Origin: Calditrichia bacterium
GTDB taxonomy: Bacteria; Calditrichota; Calditrichia; RBG-13-44-9; J075
Length of the DNA stretch: 64,000 bases
Direction: 5' to 3'
Assembly: GCA_050633245.1 (NCBI GenBank)
Contig: JBOEGD010000007.1
Span: 123,593 to 187,592 of the forward strand
The first letter of the stretch is position 1. The number at the start of each line of letters is the position of its first letter. The translations under genes and the position numbers were made by a program. The notes under the pieces were generated by a model. It saw only the letters and a list, made by a program, of their open reading frames with translations, was not told where the DNA came from and did no database searches. This document shows, piece by piece, positions 58,272-64,000 of the stretch.

Positions 58272-58300
58272 CTTCTACTCAATTACAGTTTAAGTTTAAT

Positions 58301-58849
58301 TTAGCTCAACGCGTATCGATCCGCGACGTATCGATATGCGTAAAGTAAACCGACGGCAATAAGAATTCCGACAATCCAGCCAACAAGAACATCCCCCGGA
58401 TAGTGAACCCCTACATAAATTCTCGAATAGCCAATAAGCGCTGCAAGAGCTGCCCAAACGAATTTACAACGCTTCAATATAAGAGCACCAAGCGTAGCTA
58501 CAACTGCGGAGTTCGCAGCATGCGATGACGGAAAGCCATAAAGACTGCCGCAATGATCCAGCAAGCGAAATCCTGAGAGTGCCTTACAGGGACGCATCCT
58601 TTCAAACCACGGCTTCATCAACCCGCTCGTAAATTGATCGGATATAACGACTCCGAGAATCAAAAAAAGAACCAGCAATTGCCCTCGCCTTCCCCCTTTC
58701 AATAAGAGCCATAAGACTAAAATGCCACCGGGAATATACCAGGTAGACTTTTCCGTAGCGAAGCGCATCGCATCATCCAGCAGAGGGGAGTGAAAGTGAA
58801 AGTTGAGGATTAAAAAAAGCCAGGTATCGAAAGCAATCAGCTCTTCCAG
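58301..58849 (-). CDS. PAP2 family phosphatase, probable CTG start
   Basis: K..RP, FPSSHA, SRIYVGVHYPGD; frame open upstream to CTG 58849 with GGAG 8 nt before. Confidence 0.85.
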   Translation of the reverse strand: MEELIAFDTWLFLILNFHFHSPLLDDAMRFATEKSTWYIPGGILVLWLLLKGGRRGQLLVLFLILGVVISDQFTSGLMKPWFERMRPCKALSGFRLLDHCGSLYGFPSSHAANSAVVATLGALILKRCKFVWAALAALIGYSRIYVGVHYPGDVLVGWIVGILIAVGLLYAYRYVADRYALS

Positions 58850-58939
58850 AGGTCATTCTCCATTTCAGAGTTCGTTAAAAGAGATGAAATATAGTGGATT
58901 AAAAAGAGGCGGGCAAATAAAACTACAGGGTGAGTGGCT

Positions 58940-59998
58940 CTAAGAGTAATTGTAGATCTTGCGAACAGAGTCCAGAATTTGTTGGCGATTAAATGGTTTG
59001 CGAATAAAATGCATCGCCCCCTGATCAAGCGCTTCGTTTATCGAATCATCAACATCAAAGCCGGATGTAAGCAACACCTTCACATCAGGTCGAATCTGTT
59101 TTAGCTCTCGTAGAACGCTTAGGCCATTAGCATCCGGCAGATTGAAGTCTAATACAACCACCTCAATTAAATGCTTATCGGCAAGATACAAGTCGATGCC
59201 TTCCCGAGCTGTCTCGGCAGTAATGACCTTGTAGGATTCGTTTTCGAGCACGCTATGAATTATCTGACGTAGATTTTCTTCATCTTCTATTACCAAAACA
59301 AATTGTTGTTTATCTAAATCTGATAACTCAGGCTCATGATCCTTTTGAATTTCGATCATTTTCATGCCAAGGGGCACATCCTGAATTTTTGGAACAGAGA
59401 TTTCGCGTAGCTTCCGCAGAATATTCGCGATTCGCATCGAGGACGTCTGCATCAGCTTAAGATAGTTTTCGAGGCGGCTCTGATTAATTTCAGGCTTCCC
59501 CATCTCCATCCGAACCATATCAATGGCAGAAATGATAACAGTGAGTGGCTGATTGATCTCGTGATTTGCTGTCGCAATTGTTGCGTTAAACATCAGCTTG
59601 CGTTCTGCTTCATAAAGACGCTGTTCTAAATCGACGCGTTCCAAAGCTCGTTTTACACGCAAGTGCAGCTCTTCAAGGTTTATCGGCTTTAACAGGTAAT
59701 CACTTGCACCGAGGCGTACGGCTTGAATTGCTGTTTCAATAGAGGCATGCCCGGTTAGAAGAATTGTGGCAATATCTTTTTCCAGTTCACGAAGCCGTTC
59801 AAGCAATTCCAACCCGCTGATCTGCTCCATAATCAGATCAGTCAACATGAGATCGAAAGTCTGTTCTTTGATGAGCTCGATAGCATCTGTGGCATTGCTG
59901 CAGGTAACGACCTCATAGTCGTGCTGCTCAAGAGCTTTCTTCAGCATGAGCCGACTACCGTAGTCATCATCCACGACCAGTATCTTGTAAATCTTCAT
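58940..59998 (-). CDS. REC-HisKA-REC signalling protein with no ATPase domain
   Basis: LTDLIM, ANHEINQPL H-box, VLDFNLP. Confidence 0.8.
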   Translation of the reverse strand: MKIYKILVVDDDYGSRLMLKKALEQHDYEVVTCSNATDAIELIKEQTFDLMLTDLIMEQISGLELLERLRELEKDIATILLTGHASIETAIQAVRLGASDYLLKPINLEELHLRVKRALERVDLEQRLYEAERKLMFNATIATANHEINQPLTVIISAIDMVRMEMGKPEINQSRLENYLKLMQTSSMRIANILRKLREISVPKIQDVPLGMKMIEIQKDHEPELSDLDKQQFVLVIEDEENLRQIIHSVLENESYKVITAETAREGIDLYLADKHLIEVVVLDFNLPDANGLSVLRELKQIRPDVKVLLTSGFDVDDSINEALDQGAMHFIRKPFNRQQILDSVRKIYNYS

Positions 59999-60255
59999 GA
60001 AAAGGCCCCAGTAATTTTGCCTTATTCCATACACTTCGTTTCTTCGATTTCTATCATCCGAACAGTGCACCCGGCTTAAAAACAATAATTCTAAGCAATT
60101 TCAGGCAGGAATAGTGCATATTAATGCACGCGACATATTTATGCTGCAATCAGATCACAAAATCCGAAAATTAATACTCACAATAATGCACCAAAAAACG
60201 CTTAAAAAAACGTCCCTTGATGCACAACTAACACAAATTTATTGAAATAGCATGT

Positions 60256-61185
60256 TTAGAAATTGGTATCTTCGTCGGATTTGCTCTTTAACAAGGTGAT
60301 AGAATTTCCCTTGGCATTGAAGTAAACCTCGTCAATAATATGCCTGATGAGCATAAAACCACGTCCATGCGGCTTTGTATCTGCATCAAAAAGCTGGCTA
60401 TCATCTGCGATGAAAGACTTCCAATCAAAGCCTGGTCCATTATCAGTTATGGTCAGGGAAAAACGTTCTGAGTTTAACTGAAAATAAACACCCACATTAC
60501 GCTTGCCGAAGGCCGGATCATTAATCCGCTTCTCACGTAGCTCCTCAAAATGCATGATTTGCTCAAAATCCGTCCCCTTCATTGAGGATGGAAGCTCTAA
60601 ATTTCCGTGTTCAATTGCATTAATAATGGTTTCCATAATCGCCACATAGAACTGATGATATTCTTCCTGTTGGCAAAAACCACTATTTAGTAAAATCTGA
60701 GCGACATAGTTTGACGTGATACCTGCGTCAATTTCGTCTGTAGGGATATCAAAATTCACCGTCATAGACTGTGCATATTCGAAAAGCTGGCTCTGCTTTT
60801 TAGTCGATTTACGATAGCGCAAAACCTTTTCAACAACCTTGCGGACATTACCCAATTCGAATGGCTTTGTAATGTAATCCTGAGCGCCGTATTTAACGGC
60901 AGATATAGCATATTCAAGTGTTTTCAAACCGGTAATCATTACAACGGGTACATCGGGGCGAGTTTCCCGCGAGAATCGAAGTAGATCTATGCCGGACATT
61001 CCCGGCATGTCAATATCAGAGATAATCAGATCGAGCACTTCATTCGTGGTAATTAACTTCATCGCTTCTTCAGCATTTTCAGCCGTACGAACATTATATT
61101 CCAGCGAGGCAAAGTAATCTGAAAGAAGTTTGCGAATAGAAGGCTCATCATCGACAATAAGTAATTTATAAGGTAACGCATTCAT
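60256..61185 (-). CDS. Response regulator fused to an RsbW-type HATPase (anti-sigma/Ser kinase)
   Basis: ISDIDMPG; ETIINAIEHGN, DNGPGFDW, HGRGFMLI, NAKGN. Confidence 0.85.
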   Translation of the reverse strand: MNALPYKLLIVDDEPSIRKLLSDYFASLEYNVRTAENAEEAMKLITTNEVLDLIISDIDMPGMSGIDLLRFSRETRPDVPVVMITGLKTLEYAISAVKYGAQDYITKPFELGNVRKVVEKVLRYRKSTKKQSQLFEYAQSMTVNFDIPTDEIDAGITSNYVAQILLNSGFCQQEEYHQFYVAIMETIINAIEHGNLELPSSMKGTDFEQIMHFEELREKRINDPAFGKRNVGVYFQLNSERFSLTITDNGPGFDWKSFIADDSQLFDADTKPHGRGFMLIRHIIDEVYFNAKGNSITLLKSKSDEDTNF

Positions 61186-61196
61186 TGGTACGATCC

Positions 61197-61502
61197 TTAG
61201 GATTCTATCTGAAAGAGCTGATCAAGTTTTATCGATTTAAATAGTTCCAGCAGATTATCATTGATTCCTTTAACGCGCATGCGTCTTCTGGCAGATACAG
61301 TATTCTTATAGAAGATCAAGAATTTGCCAATTCCGGAACTTGTTATAAAGGGAACAAAGGTCAGATCAAAAACAGCTTCTTCAAAATCCATCGCTAAAAG
61401 CCCGGAGAACTCGAGCTTCAGGTCTTCGGCATTATCATTGTCAACTGCTCCAATAATAGTGACATAAACGATATCATCGTCTTGCACAATTTTAAACTCC
61501 AT
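61197..61502 (-). CDS. STAS anti-sigma-factor antagonist
   Basis: FDLTFVPFITSSGIG with the conserved phospho-Ser; GGGAG RBS. Confidence 0.85.
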   Translation of the reverse strand: MEFKIVQDDDIVYVTIIGAVDNDNAEDLKLEFSGLLAMDFEEAVFDLTFVPFITSSGIGKFLIFYKNTVSARRRMRVKGINDNLLELFKSIKLDQLFQIES

Positions 61503-61692
61503 TAACACTCTCCCTATTCTTGCAAATTTCTCAACATTGGCAACAGATTGCTCTATACCCAAATATTCTATTGCTGCCTGCTTCCTGCTGTGTTCGACAA
61601 GCCAAAACAGGTAATCGAATTTATTAGACTACCTTCAAACTTCATCTGTTTTGAAGCTGCTGTCTTAGAAAAAGGTCGACAGAATAGATATA

Positions 61693-62115
61693 TTATTGAG
61701 TTGTAAATTGAAATTGGGTATCTGAATTTTGTAAGATTCGGATCAATTCCCTGTCTGCAGCAGAAAATTGATCTGTTTGTAACCCTTTAACATCTTGCCA
61801 ATCGATTCTGTCATGAGCAAGGAGCTCACCCGGTTCACTCAACATTCGACAGTGAAAAGCTATCAATAAGATGTTCAAATCCGGATAGACATAATTTACA
61901 ATGCCCGCCATTTCAATCACATCTATTTGCATCTGAAGCTCTTCAGCGATTTCTCTCCGAATGCCGGAGTCCGGTGTCTCCCCCGGCTTCAGTTTTCCAC
62001 CGGGAAATTCCCAGTATCCAGCTCTGGCTGTCCCTTTGCCACGCCTGGCAATTAATACACGTCCTCTGGAATCGTGGATAATAGCCGCCAAGACCGGCAA
62101 AATAGAATCGGTCAC
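61693..62115 (-). CDS. MutT/NudG-type NUDIX hydrolase
   Basis: WEFPGGKLKPGE…REIAEE; GTG start immediately after the DHH stop. Confidence 0.88.
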   Translation of the reverse strand: MTDSILPVLAAIIHDSRGRVLIARRGKGTARAGYWEFPGGKLKPGETPDSGIRREIAEELQMQIDVIEMAGIVNYVYPDLNILLIAFHCRMLSEPGELLAHDRIDWQDVKGLQTDQFSAADRELIRILQNSDTQFQFTTQ

Positions 62116-62116
62116 T

Positions 62117-63094
62117 CTACTGGTCTCCCAGTTGCTTTTTAACCAGCCTGACAAGTAATGCCTCAAGATCGGCATAAGTGCCAACAAAGCGACACCCGGC
62201 TGCTTGACGATGGCCACCGCCACCAATTTCTTGCGCGATTTCGCTTACATTGATCAACCCTTTCGATCGCAAGCTGATTTTGAACAGCTCACTCGTCTCT
62301 CGAATAAACACACCAACTTCCACACCAATTGGAGAAAGACTGTAGTTTGCGAGCGGATCGATATCCAGCTCTTCATCGACTTCAATTAGCTCTTTGGGAA
62401 GAAAGACAAGTCCAATTTTATCGTCCAGCAACAGCTTCAGGCCGGTAAGGCCGCTGCCAATTGTGCGTAAAGACCGAATGGGAATGTTGAACATCATGAA
62501 CTCGCTGACTTTTTCAGGACGCGCACCAGCCTCAATCAGCCTGGCTGCAATCTCGAAGTCGCGCTTGCCGGTGTTTGAAAAAGAGAATCGTCCGGTGTCG
62601 AATACCAGGCCGGTTAACAACACCATCGCGAGATCTTCTGTTACTTCTATATTACATGCCATAACCAGTTCAAAAACCAACCGTGAGGCGGAGCTGGCTG
62701 CCGTATCGTGCAAATTAATGTCTGCAAAATCTTCTTCTTTGGGATGGTGATCGATCATCACACAATGCTCGGAATCAGGTAATAAAACCGCAAGATCTCC
62801 AATGCGTTTGCGTGAGGAAACATCGACTGCTATAGCAGCATCGAAATTCATTTTCATTTCTGGAGAATAGCAAAGAATATCGTCCCAGCCCCAGAGCGTG
62901 CGATATTTTTCATCCTTTACCGCATCATCCAGAACAACGGTTGCTTTTTTGCCAAGCTGCTTTAGCAGATAAGCCATTCCCAGAGCTGCACCATAGGCAT
63001 CTCCATCGGCGCTGACGTGTGCTGTAACCAAAAAATTGTCGTGCTCTTGCATAAATTGACGAATAGCTGTTGTTTCGCTTTCATAATAGCGCAT
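62117..63094 (-). CDS. nrnA: DHH/DHHA1 oligoribonuclease / pAp phosphatase
   Basis: H.SADGDA, IDHH, DTGRF, SLRS, GGGHRQAAG. Confidence 0.88.
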   Translation of the reverse strand: MRYYESETTAIRQFMQEHDNFLVTAHVSADGDAYGAALGMAYLLKQLGKKATVVLDDAVKDEKYRTLWGWDDILCYSPEMKMNFDAAIAVDVSSRKRIGDLAVLLPDSEHCVMIDHHPKEEDFADINLHDTAASSASRLVFELVMACNIEVTEDLAMVLLTGLVFDTGRFSFSNTGKRDFEIAARLIEAGARPEKVSEFMMFNIPIRSLRTIGSGLTGLKLLLDDKIGLVFLPKELIEVDEELDIDPLANYSLSPIGVEVGVFIRETSELFKISLRSKGLINVSEIAQEIGGGGHRQAAGCRFVGTYADLEALLVRLVKKQLGDQ

Positions 63095-63294
63095 AGAAGC
63101 CTTCCCTGTTCTGTATTTGAATAGAAGATTAAAGTTACGAAAATGCGGAAGCGCAATAAAGTAAAATTGTGAATATGCAGGAATATTGTATACGGTTGCA
63201 TTGCCTCTGACTGGAAGGCCACCACGCAAATATGAGAACAGTAACAACAATGAATTGCACATTTCGCTATCCCTTAAATATTGTAAATTTGAGG

Positions 63295-63323
63295 TTGCTT
63301 TTCAGAATGTTATGTATTATTCT
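63295..63323 (+). promoter_or_regulatory. Putative sigma70 promoter of the tRNA-tadA unit
   Basis: TTGCTT-N17-TATTCT about 50 nt upstream of the tRNA. Confidence 0.4.
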
Positions 63324-63373
63324 TAGCAACTCTTGAGGGATTGTGCCGTTTTATTGCATTTGTCCCGCTTAAT

Positions 63374-63447
63374 GCACCCGTAGATCAACTGGATAGATCG
63401 TCTGACTACGAATCAGGAGGTTGCAGGTTCGAGTCCTGCCGGGTGCA
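63374..63447 (+). tRNA. tRNA-Arg(ACG)
   Basis: GCACCCG/CGGGTGC acceptor stem, TCTGA-CTACGAA-TCAGG anticodon arm, GGTTCGAGTCC T arm; CCA not encoded. Confidence 0.95.
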
Positions 63448-63478
63448 CAAGTTTTAAGGCCTTACTCTGCGAGCGTCC

Positions 63479-63943
63479 ATGCTGGAACAAAATGATGATT
63501 ATTGGATGGAGTTTGCATTTAAGGAAGCCGAAAAGGCCTACCGCAAAGATGAGGTACCGATAGGAGCCGTCATCGTCCATCAAAGCCAGATTATTGCCCG
63601 TGGCTTCAATCAGGTAGAGATGCTGAAAGATCCCACAGCACATGCAGAAATGCTCGCCATTACAGCAGCTGCGGATCATCTTGATGCCCGACGTCTTCTC
63701 AACACTACGCTCTATGTAACGCTTGAACCCTGCTCCATGTGCGCAGGTGCCATTGTGTTAAGTCGAATTCCCAGATTGGTCTTCGGAGCAAGTGACCCAA
63801 AAGGCGGAGCCTGTGGAACGCTTTTCAATATTGTGCAGGATCAGCGTTTAAATCATCAACTAAGCGTTACAGGCGGTGTTCTCGAACAAAAGTGTTCGCT
63901 TATCCTTTCAGACTTTTTTAGAAGGCTTCGCAATACGAATTAA
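63479..63943 (+). CDS. tadA: tRNA adenosine(34) deaminase
   Basis: EVPIGAV, DPTAHAE, TLEPCSMC, DPKGGA, LNH. Confidence 0.95.
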   Translation: MLEQNDDYWMEFAFKEAEKAYRKDEVPIGAVIVHQSQIIARGFNQVEMLKDPTAHAEMLAITAAADHLDARRLLNTTLYVTLEPCSMCAGAIVLSRIPRLVFGASDPKGGACGTLFNIVQDQRLNHQLSVTGGVLEQKCSLILSDFFRRLRNTN

Positions 63944-63955
63944 AGATTTTTTTAT

Positions 63956-64000
63956 GGAGAGATGGCCGAGTGGCTGAAGGCGCACGCTTGGAAAGCGTGT
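63956..64000 (+). tRNA. tRNA-Ser(GGA), truncated by the window end
   Basis: GGAGAGATGGCCGAGTGG…CACGC-TTGGAAA-GCGTG. Confidence 0.88.

Overview
64-kb chromosomal window from a bacterium that is probably Calditrichota/KSB1/FCB-like. That assignment is inferred from the NYPNPFNP…FlgD-Ig C-terminal sorting tail at ~19690-19958 and from gene content. Most of the window is housekeeping and heterotrophy genes: apbE and thioredoxins, ndh, S9/M1/M20/trypsin/aspartyl peptidases, a TolB-amidohydrolase, an OmpA, a fadI-fadJ-ACAD/SCP2-CaiB lipid catabolism operon, a ClpS-like adaptor, an H-NOX/H-NOX-like/hybrid kinase operon, an NrfC-NrfD + molybdopterin oxidoreductase, trpS-scpA-scpB-rluB, menB, a partner-switching cluster, a NUDIX, a DHH phosphoesterase, and tRNA-Arg(ACG)-tadA-tRNA-Ser(GGA). 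Four observations stand out. (1) The ACAD-linker-SCP2 ORF and the CaiB/AMACR-type ORF form one 4065-nt frame broken by a single UGA, followed by a small hairpin. (2) A canonical H-NOX sits beside a paralog that has lost its heme ligands. (3) An AT-rich HD-CE/Hsp90-like ATPase gene plus an IS3 end lies between two inverted REP-like arms and has cassette-like GTT/AAC boundaries. (4) A second, frameshifted cassette-like gene is bracketed by inverted heptamer repeats. No CRISPR array or rRNA was seen. All calls come from motif reading without database searches.
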